Origin: Chlorokybus atmophyticus
Lineage: Eukaryota > Plantae > Mesostigma and Chlorokybus algae
Reading direction: 5' to 3'
Assembly (NCBI GenBank): GCA_009103225.1
Contig: RHPI01001020.1
Location: 68,905-132,904, forward strand
Length of the DNA stretch: 64,000 nucleotides
The notes under the pieces are model-generated. The model ran no database searches. It saw nothing but the letters and a program-made list of their open reading frames with translations, and was not told where the DNA came from. A program made the position numbers and the translations under genes. The first letter of the stretch is position 1, and the number at the start of each line of letters is the position of its first letter. Below, piece by piece: positions 26,428 through 39,700 of this stretch.

Positions 26428-26775
26428 CGCCTACTACTAGCTACACCTCACGTCGGACGGTGTACCACCAGGTCAGTACAACCCCAAAAACGAACTCTCT
26501 GGAACGCCTTTCAAGCTTCCTAATCACCCAGACAATGACAAGCCCGCCCCCGCCCACACCGTGGCCTACGCCGCGGAGCTTACGTGGCGCCGTGTGCTGA
26601 CATCTTAAACCCCTGGTCCCAGATCAGACTTCGTCTATAAGATACTGGGACTCTTTTGGGCTTGAGTTGGGACTATTTTGGGTTTAGGGATTAGGGTTAG
26701 GGTTCAGGACTTGGGTTTATGCGGGAGGAGGGGTGGAAGGAGGAGGGGGAGGGCGGCGGCGCTTGCCTCTCCGGG
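26428..26775. promoter_or_regulatory. Bidirectional promoter (~350 bp) with telo-box cluster
   Basis: Divergent ATGs at 26427 (-) and 26776 (+); tttagggattagggttagggtt at ~26683-26704; TGGGCT site-II-like motif at ~26657. Confidence 0.55.
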
Positions 26776-29700
26776 ATGGCCGGGAGGCAATGGGAGGCGT
26801 TGCTGTTGCAGAGCAGCGACCTCGCCGCCGCTGCGGCTGTCCGCAAGGATGCCGCCCCTGCCCTGGGCACCACAGGCATCCCGCTCATTGAGCGCAGCAT
26901 AGACCAGCTTGAGGCGCTCTCTCGCCAGCTACGGGAGCGGTCTGGACCTGCTGGAGACGCTGGTAAGCACATGCAAGTGTGTGTGAAGTCAGTCGTTTGA
27001 CCTGAGCATGCGCTTTCACTGCTAAGCTCTGTTTTGAGGCCCCGTGCCTGGTGTGCAAGCGATGCAGAGCGTGCATGAATTGCATTTGAACGTTGGCAGC
27101 ATTGGTTGCATTTCTACTCAAGTCAACAAAAACGCTACACAATCGTGTTCACGCTTGGGTTGTGTTAACTTGTGTACATTGTGTGTTATCTAGTCTCTAC
27201 GCGTCATTCTGCTTGGTGTGCGGACAGGAAGCAGTGCGCACAACTTGTATACGCCGCCACTATGATATGTTGTTTCCCTGCGCTATTGCTACCACTGCAT
27301 GGCCTGTGTATGTGCAAGCAGCATTCAGGTACACGCTAACAGCACGCATGGTCTGACCGCATCATCACAACAAGAACCATCTCCTGGCAGACACATCAAA
27401 GAGCATCGCTGCCATTCGGCTCTTGGCGAGGGAGGGTGTGGATGCGGACAGGCTCAGCCGAGAGTTGCGAAGCTTCGAGCTGCGCGCGTCCGTGGACGAT
27501 GTGTTTCCCATTGATCACACACCAACATCCTTGCCAGAATACCTGAAACACCTGCACCAAGCAACACTGCTCACAGCCATCCACCAGGTGGGTTTGCCAC
27601 AGTGACGTGTGCATGCACTCTTTTGGTGCTTATCACCAACAGGGCATAGAGTATATTGGTGTCTTTCAGGCGCAAGCGCTTGCAAATGAGAGGTTTGAGG
27701 CCTTCATGGCGAACGCCATGCGCAGAGACTACGACAAAGAGAAGAGGCAATTTTTGCAATCGTTTGGCCGGTTACTCGCTTCGCCTTCTGTTCCCACCTC
27801 AACCTCTGTACAAGCAGTTCCAACACCAGGTGCAGCTCCCACAAAAGCCGCTGCATATGCTCAGGCTGTCAAGTCGCTTAATCAAGCAGTCACAAGTGGA
27901 CAACAGTTTGAGGTGGGTGTTCACATACCTTGGCAACAGACATGAATGAGTCTCATGTGGGCATTGTGTTATGTTACACGCTCAGTTGGTGACACTAACC
28001 ATTATATGCTGCAGGTGGTTTCAAGCTGTTTAGAGGCGTCCACTATGGGCGTGTCACGAGATCAAGCTGCAGCTCTTACCAACGTGTGGCGCCTGCTGGA
28101 CTGCTTAGTCAATGGAGCCGACAGCGTGCTTGGGCAGGTGCTGCATTGTGTACGGTCAATGCCGTGATACCGCTTGCATGCATGTTTATTGCGTCTTGTT
28201 GTTACGCAAGCGCAGGTGCGTGGAGCGCGAAGCTTTCTGGAGCAGGGCCACGTACAGTACATCATGGATGTCATCAACTCGCATCCATCACAGGTACGCT
28301 GCTTACTTCACAACAGCAATAGCCAGCTTGTGCGTTGCTGTGTTGTTATGTTGCTGCATGCCAGTCGTGTTGATGACGCCAGGGTGCTGCAATGCTTGCA
28401 CATCAATCACAATAGGCGCGATTGGGCGGGGCAACCAGCACCATAGACCGCATCAAGGCCTTTCTGCGTGTGAAGTTGAGGGATCAGGGGCCCCTGGACT
28501 TTGATGCAGAGAGCAGCAATGCCCGCTCCCCTCCAATTGACACAACGTGGTATCAAATCTTCTACTGCCTCAGATCCGGTTACTATGACGATGCTCTACA
28601 GGTAGGGTGCATGATGTGACGTCAACATGCATTTGCAGTCACTCTCGCATGCGCGTACTTGACTGCAACTGCGTACACACGCGCACGCATGCACATATAC
28701 ACCTATTTACACGCATGCACGCATGTTGGTCCAATTCTTTGCAGGTTGCAAAGAACTCGAGAGCATTGTCAGCCGCACGTGGAGGGGCTAGTTTTTCAGC
28801 AGCGCTTGCCGAATGGGTGCATAGCAAGGGTGTGGTTTCCAGTGCGACAGCTGAACCAGTGGCGGCTGAGTGCGAACGCATGCTCAGAACAGCAGACCGG
28901 CAGGTTGATAGCACATTGCAATGTCTGCAGTAAGCTTGTGTTGTTTTGTGTCCCAGTTGTAGGGACTTCTTGCTGCTGCCAGGGTCGACCAAGCTATGAA
29001 CGAATAAAGCTGCTGGTTTACGCAATTGTTGCGGGTCATTGGCGTGCAGTGGACAGGCTGCAAGTTGACACTCCCAGCCTGTTCAACACCATCCAAGACT
29101 TCATGTGGGTCAGGCTAGCATTGATACAGAAGGATGAGTCCACGTCTCCCAATGACTACACCATTAAGGATCTGCAGTTCTACCTGCGACAGTATCCGCC
29201 ATCACATTACAACAAGAACGGACTAGACCCTTTGCTATATGGCCAAGTGAGCGTCACAATGTGTGTGTGTGTGTATCTCGCACCGTGTACTTGTGCTGAT
29301 TATGTGTTTGCAGGTGTTGCTGCTCAGCCTTCAGTATGGTGACTTCTTGGCATATTTGGCTCGCGATCGCGTCACCGAGCCGTACCGCGTGGACGCTGTG
29401 CATTTCGCCATAGCCCTTTCCCACTACGGGGTAAGGTGTTCAAGCATGGCTTGTCAGTCCGAGCGCGCTAGTGTGTGTTTGTTTCTGACAGGTTTGCTGC
29501 TTGCAGTTGCTGCGATCCCGCACCGATGCCATGGACGAGTCCATCGACGTGGTGGCGGATCCAACGGCTTACATCCGCCAGTATGGCGAGAGCTTCCTCG
29601 CAACAGACCCCGCCACCGCCATGGAGTACTTTGCTTGCGCAGCGCGCGCTGCCGGTCCGCAGGGGGAACACGAGGAGCTGCTGGTAGGCCCTTCATTTCT

Positions 29701-30809
29701 TTGTAATGTGTGTGTCCCCGTGTGCGCGGGTGCAAGCGTGCGTGCGCGCGCACGCATGTATGAATCCCTGTCTCTTTACCTGTTTCATGTGTGTTTAGGC
29801 GATGTTCACCGAGCTTCTGGTGTCGCCCGGAGGTTTGCAGTTGCTTCCTTCTGGCGATCGCCCTGGTGAGATCGAGCGCTTTATCAAAGACAGGAATGAC
29901 TTGCGCAAGATCATCCTGGACGCTGCTTACCATTGCGAAACCAAGTCCATGTTTGATGAAGCCATTGAGCTGTACCACCGTGCCGGTAAGGCGTATACAA
30001 GTGGTGTATTCAGAGCCTGTTTTCATCAGTGCCGATGACACCGGCCACTTTGGTATTGATGCCCTACTTATCAATGCATGATAGGGGCACCCATTCTGGC
30101 TTTGGCTGTTGTCAACCGAAAGCTTGCCGATGCGATTCAAGTGGGAGGAGGCACGCTGGCAATCAAGCCGCTGCCACCCCAGGAATGGCAGCAACTCAAG
30201 CGACGTGGTAGGCTTACATTGAAGGAAAACTGTGGCACATCATTTGGTGCATCTGTCTGGGTTCATGTAAGCAACCGATGTGTTGTGTCTGCCAGGTGAT
30301 GAGTTGAGACAGGACATTGAGTTTGCTTCCTCGCGCATGAAGGAGGCAGATTACAACGACGGGAGGCTGCAGATACAGACGTTTGAGCAGCTTTGGCATC
30401 TGTATGAGTTTGCTCGCGCCTACAGCGAGAGGAGGTGAGCCACATGTCGTGCCACAACTCTCAAGCCACTCACACATTACTGCATAGCGTTTGCAGTATA
30501 CATGCGGCACACATGTTCACAACCCGCAGGCTCTCAGATTCGTTGGCGTTGTTGGAGAAGCTGTCCTTTTTACCTTTGGAGACTCAGCGTGTGGAGTTGT
30601 GTCGCGCTGGTTTGGAGTCGCTGGACCAGTCCGTGGCATCAAAGCTGCCGGCGGTGCTGCTGGTCGCAGCCGAGCTTCTGTTCAAGCAGCATCGCTCAGG
30701 CGTGCCGGCAAAAGAGCAATTGCGAGCCCTCATGCAGTTTGCTACGGGGTTGCAGCTGCCGCCGTTTGTAGTGCAAAGACTTGCAGAAATAAATGGAATG
30801 GTTGCGTGA
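26776..30809 (+). CDS. NUP93: Nucleoporin Nup93/Nic96, multi-exon
   Basis: N-terminal IPLIERSIDQLEALSRQL, ASRLLAREGVD, SLPEYLKHLHQATLLTAI; WYQIFYCLRSG; LFNTIQDFMWVRL; QFYLRQYPPSHY; DAVHFAIALSHYG; TGA at 30807-30809. Confidence 0.92.
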
Positions 30810-31015
30810 TATGTTGCACTGCTCCATGCTAGATTTTGGTGTAAATGCCGCGCGCGCGTTGTCTGTGTGTGTACGTGTTTGCGTAGTTCACATCATCTCA
30901 TCATTGTCTCTGTTATTTTGGACATTATCACAAGCTCGCGGCAAGCGTGGTATACAATGCTAAGAGTTTGCTGCTAGGTGGCAAACCCTGGACCCACTTA
31001 ATTGCAACACAAATA

Positions 31016-32962
31016 TTACAACACCAACAGGCCAAATCCCAACGCGACAACTCCCGCCAACATGAGCAACAGTGCAGCAACTCCACGTGTCCCATATGCG
31101 CCATTGGGGCTCCCGGCGCCCGTCTTCGGGGGCGGAGGAGGAGGCGCACGGGCGACAGGCGTGCCGGGCGGGGGAAGCCCTGACACATCCACTCAAAATC
31201 AGGCTTCCGTCATGCTCACTCACCACAGCAGCATAGATGCCACTAATCATGTCCACAATACAAATGACAACGACAACAATGACGACGACATCAACAGTGG
31301 TGCGCTGTGAGTTGATCTTCCTCAGACCTGGAGGTGGGCGCGGGGGAGGCGGCGGAGGTGTTTGTGCCGGCAGAGCATCGGGAACTGTTTGTACCGTCAT
31401 CAACAAGTAAGTCTTGCGCAAGACATCATATCACTCACATACGTGGTGTGATCTGAGTGGGCATTCCCCGTCCACATTTACTGTATACACGCGCACCACC
31501 CGAGCACTTACCGTTGCAGTAGTTTTTGACGGTTGAAGGCGTGCCGGGCGTGCAGCAGACTATCGGCCCTTGGAGCACGCTGGTATCGATACCCGACGAC
31601 ACCATTGTCTGCATGTTGAGCATTGTGTATCATATGTGTATCAGATCATCATGATGTGTGAAATGTAGCATCACGCGCATGCGTTCACAACCTCAAACTC
31701 ACCTGATAAGTCTGGCTGCTGTTGGCATAAAAGCCGCCGTATTGGGCATTAAGCTGCCCCATTGTCACATTCTGTTACACGCGACAGACGTGTGCTGTAT
31801 GTCATTTCATCAGAGATGGGTTGTCTTCCAGCCAACAACAAAAGCAAGCAGTTGAATGTTGGGATCCCCTTTGGTTATATATCACCTGTGTGCAGGAAAT
31901 GTTGCCTGTGACACATCCAAATGCTTGCACCGTATCGGAGAAGCTCACGCTGGAACTTGTGCCTGTGTTTGCGTGCAAGGAGAGTACACAACAAAGTGAG
32001 ATAGTGTTCCCGCCACAATGCACATGAGCCCAGTCAGCTTTCACTCACTGACTAGGCTGGCTTTGAAACACGCCGTTGCGCCCGATGGACATGTAAGCTG
32101 CGTGTGACAGCAACAACTGTTAGTTAAGAGGTATTACGACTCGGTGAAGCAGCCTGGAACATGATGTATCTATTCAATGACTACAGTGGTGAGTGTACTT
32201 GCGGACACGTGCATACACCCACGCACACGTACGCAGTCACGCACACACGCACCCACACGCGCGCATGCGCATGCACACATACATACGGATTTGCGTACCG
32301 CGGAGCATCCTGCGCCGTTGCTGCACTGGTTGCGCTGATAGTCCAGCCCAGCTATGCACCCGATCGCCTCAACTGATCACACGAGACAGTATGAGAGAGG
32401 GACGAACATCAATACAAACAAGTTGGATGACTATTTCACGCTTGTCGTACTTCGTTTTAACACAAACACGCATCTTGATGGTCAACATGTGACGAGAAGA
32501 CGTCAGCATGTGACATACTCACATAATTATGCAACATGTGACGATTATAGCCACCTATAACCGTTTCACATGCTGGTCATTCTAAAACCACAAAACTGTG
32601 TGTGTGTATCTCTGCAGGCACAAAAGTCACTGGAGAATAATAGACAACCACCACCACCAAAACAACGTTTTCCCGCTGGTGACCCACCACAATGGCAACT
32701 GCCCATTGTCCATCCGTCAATGAGCAAATGATCAACAGACGGAGTGTAGTACAAGTACACGAGTGCATCCACCGATGTGAACGATGAGAACAGTTACTCG
32801 ATCCATCGGTAATGTGTTGGCTGATGGGCTGATCAGTAAGGAATGAATGAATGAACGGATGAATGAATGTATATAACGAGGTGTGATGGTATCACCTGTT
32901 GGCACAGCTGCCCACGCCAGCAGCAATCCCAACAAGCTGGCGATCAGCACCGCCCTCCCCAT
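31016..32962 (-). CDS. Secreted 10-Cys protein (~217 aa) with Pro-rich stalk and GPI-type hydrophobic tail; Ly6/uPAR-like cysteine pattern
   Basis: Eight phase-consistent GT-AG exons (32962-32896, 32372-32299, 32097-32049, 31962-31886, 31771-31703, 31608-31512, 31384-31328, 31179-31016) give one stop-free ORF: signal peptide ...AAVPTVEA, Cys domain ending VCC-x11-CN, poly-Pro, tail GVAALLLMLAGVVALGFGLLVL*. Confidence 0.8.
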
Positions 32963-33115
32963 CGCTTCACCAGCAGCAGGCAGGAGACTAGACAGGTGAT
33001 GCAGTGACTCGAGTTTCTTTTGACTGTTTTGTTTGCATTGCATTGTTGTGCCCCCCTCAACAAGAAACTGCACAGCTCAAGAGCTGAGAGTCACGTGACT
33101 GTGGGGGGGGCTGTG

Positions 33116-33216
33116 GTACGTACAGCGTGTACTGGTACGTACAACCGTGTATGGTACACTGTACCTGTTGTACCTGTACGGGTACTGGTACAACAGGGCG
33201 TTTTGTACCAGTGTAC
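33116..33216. promoter_or_regulatory. GTAC-core array (13 copies in 101 bp) in the divergent promoter
   Basis: Manual count of GTAC between the minus-strand Cys-rich gene and the GST. Confidence 0.5.
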
Positions 33217-33405
33217 GTGGTGTGCAGCGTGACGTGGCCGGCATTGACAGCGGCGGCGGCGGCGGCGGCAGAGCGAAGCTGCCAGAGTATTGAAGCTACC
33301 ATATCAAGCGACACAGGCCACCTCAGGTCTTGTTCATCGCCGCCGCCGCCGCCTCCTCTGCTTCTTGCTACAGCAGCAGGGAAAGCACACAGAGGGGTTG
33401 CAAGG

Positions 33406-33541
33406 ATGTCTGCTTCCGGCACCGCCGCCGAGGCCGCCAATGGCCAGGCGGAGGGCAACAAGTTGGTGCTGTGGAACTGCTTTGCGTGTCCATGGGCGCA
33501 CAGAGCATGGATAGCCATGCTGGAAAAGGTACACATTGGCG

Positions 33542-33573
<32 letters not shown>

Positions 33574-35136
33574 GGTGGTGGTGGTGGTGGTGGTGGTGCT
33601 GTTGTTGGGGGTGTGCTCGGTGTTGTTATTGTTGAACAAGTTTCTTGATAATGAGAGTTGGCGCAGTGTTGATTACTTTTTCATGCAGGGTGTGGATCAC
33701 GCGATGGTGATGGTGGATCTGCGCGACAAGCCTCAGGCCTTCCTGGACGCCTACGCACCCGCCCACGCCGACCCCAAGGTGACCCCCCTTATCCTCCTCC
33801 TCATCTACCATCACTACCACCATCATCAACATCAACATTGTGTTGTGTTCGTTGGTTCGAGTGGCGCATTACATGCATGCGGGTTGCCCTGCATGTATCT
33901 CACACAAGGATATAGTAGACAATTGCTTGCTGTTGTCCTTGTCCGTGCTCAGATGTATGCACTGCATGTAACCCGATGTCAGCGTTGATCAAATGCCAAC
34001 CCAACTCCTGAAGTTCCTGAGGGTTGACGTCGGTATGCGTGCAGGCAAGGGCAAAGGTGCCGACGCTGCAGCACGGTGATGCCACGCTCATCGAATCCGC
34101 TCTTGTCGTCGAATACCTCGACGAAGCCTTTCCCAACCAGGCACGCGCGCATGCATGTGTGCATGTGCACGTATGTGTCCATGAGTGCATGTGTGCATGT
34201 GTTCACACAACTCCTCACTGCAGGGCACCCGACTATACCCTTCCGACCCCTTATCTCGCTACCTCATCCGCCACTTTACTGAAGTCTTCACAACTGCTGT
34301 ATTGAATCCAGCCTCCAGTTTAAGCGCCGCCTCCACCGATGACGAGATCATTCAACACAAGGCCGACTGGATCGACGGGCTCGGACTGCTTGATAAACAT
34401 CTAAGGAAGTTTGGGAATGAGGAGGGAGGGAGTTATTTGTTGGGGGGGACGTATAGCGCGGCGGAGGTGCTCACGGCGCCATTTGTGCTGAGGTAGGTGG
34501 GGGTGGGGGGGTGGGGGGGTGCGTGTGCGTGTGGGTGGGTAGGTGTGGGTGTGCGTGCGTGCGTGCGAGGGCTCGTCCGTGCACACGCTTGCGTGCACAG
34601 ATGCATGTGTGTGCACCCACCCGTCTCGAATGCGTACGTGTAGTGTGCGCGTGCATGCGCAAGAAATGTGATTCAATGCTGCTTGTGGAGTGCAGTGATC
34701 TGTTTCTGGAACATGAGCTTTGTCTCTCTTGTTGCACACACGAGTAACCACATACAGGTTTGATTTGTATCTCAGGTGGATGCTGAGGCTGCCCCTCTTC
34801 CGCGACATCCACCTTATGGACATCCTCGCCGAGCTAGGTACAACCAACCAACTCACCAACACAACTGTTTCACCTGCACTTGTGTCACACAAGCCAGTCT
34901 GTAAACGCAGCAACACAATGTGCATCACTAGCACCCATACACACATACCCACGTATGCATCCACGTATGCAGGTTATGATAGGTTGTCGCGGTGGGTTGA
35001 AGCGGTGGAGTCTCGCAAGTCCTCGCGGGCAACATGGACGGAAGAAGTCAAGCACGAGAACCTTGCGGTCGCGCGCTACAACTTCAAGTATGTGCCGGCT
35101 CACCTGGACGAGCAGCTCAAGGCAAAGGGATTGTAG
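33406..35136 (+). CDS. Glutathione S-transferase, Cys-type active site (omega/lambda/DHAR-like), multi-exon; may extend 5'
   Basis: CFACPWAHRAWIAMLEK; VDLRDKP; KVPTL...LIESALVVEYLDEAFP; YLLGGTYSAAEVLTAPF; ends TAG TAA. Confidence 0.88.
33539..33606. repeat. (GTT)n(GGT)n microsatellite in GST intron 1
   Basis: Directly visible. Confidence 0.9.
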
Positions 35137-35492
35137 TAATGTGTGCTTGTGTGTATTGGTAGGTAATTGTAATAAACTGGCAAAAGTGGGCTTCACCTTA
35201 TGTGTACCATGATGACAAGTCTTTTGGATAAGATGGCCATTTCTTGCGCCTAGTGGGTTGTAATGATTTTGTTGATGCTGATGGCGATGTTGTAGTGTTG
35301 GTAGTATTGCCTTTCAATCTTGCACAACACTTGCCGCCAGGACCTTGCATGTTTAAATAGGTGTTAAGGCTGTTAAACAACCTTATGGGTGTGACATTGC
35401 TAAACTAGCCATGGATCAAGCACATTATAATTGCTAATGCAGTGTTGAAATTGTCAATCTTGTAGGGGGGGGGGGGGCAGTTGTAGGGACTT

Positions 35493-35581
35493 NNNNNNNN
35501 NNNNNNNNNNNNNNNNNNNNNNNNNNNNNNNNNNNNNNNNNNNNNNNNNNNNNNNNNNNNNNNNNNNNNNNNNNNNNNNNN
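35493..35581. other. Assembly gap (N run)
   Basis: N characters near poly-G tracts. Confidence 1.
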
Positions 35582-36744
35582 GGGGGGCACAAGTGATGGT
35601 TCATATAGAAATCGAGTTGTAAACATTGTGGTAATGACGATTTGCATCAAGGAGCATACACGCCGTGTCCATTTCTCGTTGTGGACCTTGATTATATGCA
35701 TTAAAACAAAACAAATTGTAGCAAAATGTAATTGCAACTCCGATAATGCGTCGAATAATCGTTCTTGGAAGAGTTGGCAAGCACGCGGTTGCTGCTCCCG
35801 GCAAAAGTTCCCCAATCTATGGTTACTTTAATGGTACTTGACTGCTTGCGGATTTGCTTTATAACATTTCAAAAACACTTCATAACATGTCTTCATCTTA
35901 ACATTTGTAGGAGGCATTCAGTAACAATTATGTGACACTCAGATGGTTGCCATTTTCTGTGTTGCATGCTACAATAATAACATAATTGACAAAACTCCTT
36001 TATCAAAATTCATGAGAGTCAATGCGAATTCCACAATGAGCAAAGCACATAACGCTTCTCAATCTGAATGTGAAGATTTATCTCTGCAAAGGCATGTTAA
36101 CAATTCTGAACACGCGAAATCCAATACTTTGCAATGTTTTATGCACTACATGCAAAACTTGCACAAGCGTAATTGTTGTGTGCACCGTACTTTTTATTAA
36201 CGGCCGCATGCTTAAACGCATCCCGCATCGAAATTTATGTACATTGTATAATCAGCAACATGCTACGACACTAACATTCCTTGTAATGAACACCATGTCA
36301 ACTTTCCGTCTCTTTCCACATAGCCAGCAGATTCATGAGCAGTCGGGACGCTAATGGGAAGATGCTTATGCCGGCTGTCTGAGATTGACCAGACGGACGG
36401 TTGCAATGCAGTCTGGCGACGTCGATTTGGGGCACCCAAGTGTGAACGCAACTGATCGACAGCGTGGTTCTCGATGAGATCAGGGCACACGGTCGGCGCT
36501 GTTTTGGCCGGGACTGCCGTCTTGAACGGCTGTCAATCAGCTCCGACCGTTGTGGACATATGTCTGTTGGCGTGTTTAGTCGTAGCAAACAGCCGTTTTG
36601 TTGGCCCTGTTGTATCGATGGGATGTGTGGCTTGCTGTTGTATCAGCGCTGCACCGCATCGTGATATCGGTGTGGGTCAACGGTGGGCGATTCAAATGCT
36701 GGTAGAGTTGGCGGCGAGCATTCAGTGTGGTCTGTGTGCTGATG

Positions 36745-39700
36745 TCGGCGGCGGCAATGGCGGAGGAACAGGACGTTGCTGCGCTTGTCGAGCAGCAGCG
36801 GCTGCGTCTGGAAGAGTATGAAGCTGCACGCAAGGAACGCTGTGAAAGCCAGCGTGAGTATGCTAAGCGCCGTCGGGAGGAAGACAAGTATGTGGTCAGC
36901 CAGCTTAGGGAGGACTTGGGGTTGAAGAAGTCCAGGATGAATGCCACCGGTGTTTTCCTGCATGCACTGATTTCCGGCCGCACGTGGAGCTGGGTCGGAG
37001 ACAGTCTCGTCATGAAACCCAAGGAGGGGGTGAGTGGTGCGCACGTGCTGCACCTGCGCGCGAGCTGGGTGCTTGTTTTGTGCATGTCTGTTGTGTGGGG
37101 CTGACAAGATGTTGTGACGTGACCAGGATGTATTGCGTTTACCGGGGATTGCCCAAGGCGGCATGCCAGAGCAGGTGATATCGATGGTTGATGTGGTTGT
37201 TGGAGGTTGTCGCTGCCATGCTGGTGTGTTCTGTGTGTTCATGCGGATTCTGACATGCTCTGTGTGGCAGAACAATGGTGTAGACTTGGGCTCCTCAGAT
37301 TCCGAGGATGAAGACCAGGAGAACATCCCACCTATGTCGTCGCAGCTACAGAAGCGGCAGAAACAGCATCATGCAGTGGGTCAGCAGCAGGTGCCGCCTG
37401 CAGCTGCACTCCAACAGCAACCAAATGGAAAATGTGACCGCAACGGCAATCGTGTCCATATGGGGCCTAATTTGTCGAGACTCAATGGCAGCGCAAGAGT
37501 TATTCCGAGAACGCCTAAGACTCCTGGTGCTCAGGCTCAAGGTGGGCGCATGCAGTAGCGAGAAAGGGTTAGTCGACGCCAGGGACTGGTCGCTAGTCCC
37601 AGCGGTATTGCTATGACCGTGGTATTTCGTGGTTGATACCCACGTGTGTATATATATGTGAACATGTGCTGCTTCTTTGGATGTTGGTTTTGATTGGGGT
37701 TATGTTGTGTGTGCAGAACCTGCTCGGACTGCGAGTGTTGATGCTGCGTCTGTGAATGCTGGTGGTACTTGTAGACAGACCCGCATATTCAGCCAAGTCG
37801 AGGTACATGACTTGTCGAGTGTGCACTGTTGTCTGGGTGTGGTGTTTGTATGCAGCAGTGCATGTGCAAATTGTGTAGAGTACTGGGTATGCTGCTTGGC
37901 GAGTGCCTGCAGATGCATTTGGTGTGCCTGCTGTTGATTGAGGGCACAGTATCTGACATTGTATAAGTTGATGGACTTCTTGCTGAGGGCATCAAGTTGC
38001 AACAGGTACGATCTCAGCACTCAACACATTTCAAGTGTCCGTCTATCATGCAGTTCTTGAGGCTGGAAGTTGAGCGCTTGAAGCAAGAACTGGAGGTCTG
38101 CTGTGCTGAACGTCAACAATTGAGGACAGAACTGGCTGACAGTCAAGCTACGCTAGGAGGTCAGCATAAGAATGTCGATGATGATACTTGTGCCCAAATG
38201 GAGCGGGCACAGCAGGAGGCCGCTCGATGGCAGTCCAAATGGCAGGTGGGCCGGTATGCGCCTGTGGGGCGAGTGCATTCTGTTTAAAATTGAATGGCAT
38301 ATACAGAGTGTCTAACTTCGCCCATGCAGCGTTGTTCACTGTGGACCTTGAGGGTGGTCGTCCAGTCGGAATGACATGCACATGTTCTTGCAGGAAGTGC
38401 GCGAGCAGCTGCGGCAACAGGAGACACTGAATGAGAACAAGCGTGAGGAAGCTGCACAGACTGTGGAGGAAGTGCAGGAAGAGTTGGATAGCATGGTGCA
38501 TCAGTTGCAGGTGATGTTGTGCGGGTTACCTGAACCATTGGACATGGATGAGGTCTGGCGAAGGCGACTGTTGACGCTTGGTATTGTGCAGTTGTTGGAG
38601 ACGAGGGTGCATCAGGAGGGCGAGGCCTGCAGCAACGAGAGGCGGCGGCGACTCATTGCAGAGCAGGACCGCGATGGATTTCGTTCCCGACTGGCCGAGC
38701 TGGAGGACGTGATCGCTGGACTGCGTGACACGTTGCGGACCACCCCCATAACTCAAGCATCGCAGCATGATGCGGTAGTGGCAGAGGAGGTGCGCATGCT
38801 TTATGAAGATGGCGTGCGTGCTGTCGCCGAAGAGGAGGTGGTGGAAGCCTTGGATCTTGCAGTCAAGGATGTTGCTGCGCAACTGTTGCAACGTGATGCG
38901 GTAGTGCTCTTGACGGCTGTGGCTGCACAGTATGGTATCAAGCAAGCAAGGGTGTTGTTGAGAGCGGTGCAAGCAAAAATACCAGGCGCGTATCTCCACG
39001 TCACAGGTGCAAGGCAGCAAGGCACCTTGCTCATTGCTGCATGGGCTGATCCCTTCGCTTGCCTTCTGCGGTATGCCATGAGGGTGACCGATGTGCCTGC
39101 CTCAACGCATCATAAGCGGAGTGTTCCAGCAGCAGTCGATGTTGATGAAGTTCCTGCTGATGTGCTGCGCCTGCTCAGTCAACTCATGGATAGAGAGAGG
39201 CAAAGGCTGGTGGAGCGCAACAAAGTGGATCATGACCTGCGCTTTGTGGACTGGCAAGCAGAGTGGGATGCTTCGGGTGAACAGATTCGCAAGGTCTTTG
39301 GTGCGCTGACGGGCTTTACAGTGCTGGAGAAGCTGAAGACTCCCGGGCCACGGCAAGAGCACCTGACGACTGTGTCACGGAATAAGACCCTGTTTCTGAT
39401 GCATTCTGTTATTTATGCAAGGAGTAAGTGGGCATTCTCGCCACTGCATATGGCTATCACAGATGCTGTGGACACAAAAACGACCGGCAACAAGCTAATC
39501 AAGACCTTGAACCGGATTGGGGTCACCGTCAGCAGGAGCCATCTGGATCGGCACATACACCGGCGAGCTGTGCACAATTTGAACTCAGTAGCACGTCTGC
39601 AGCCAAAGCCAGGGATGCATGTGCTCGCATCAATTGACAACATGGACGTCAGAGCGGGACACCAGGCGAGATACAAAGGCCGGGCAACTGGAGACATCCA

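Noticed and set aside
26683-26704. Telomere
   Set aside because: Only about three interstitial TTAGGG-like units in a promoter; read as telo-boxes.
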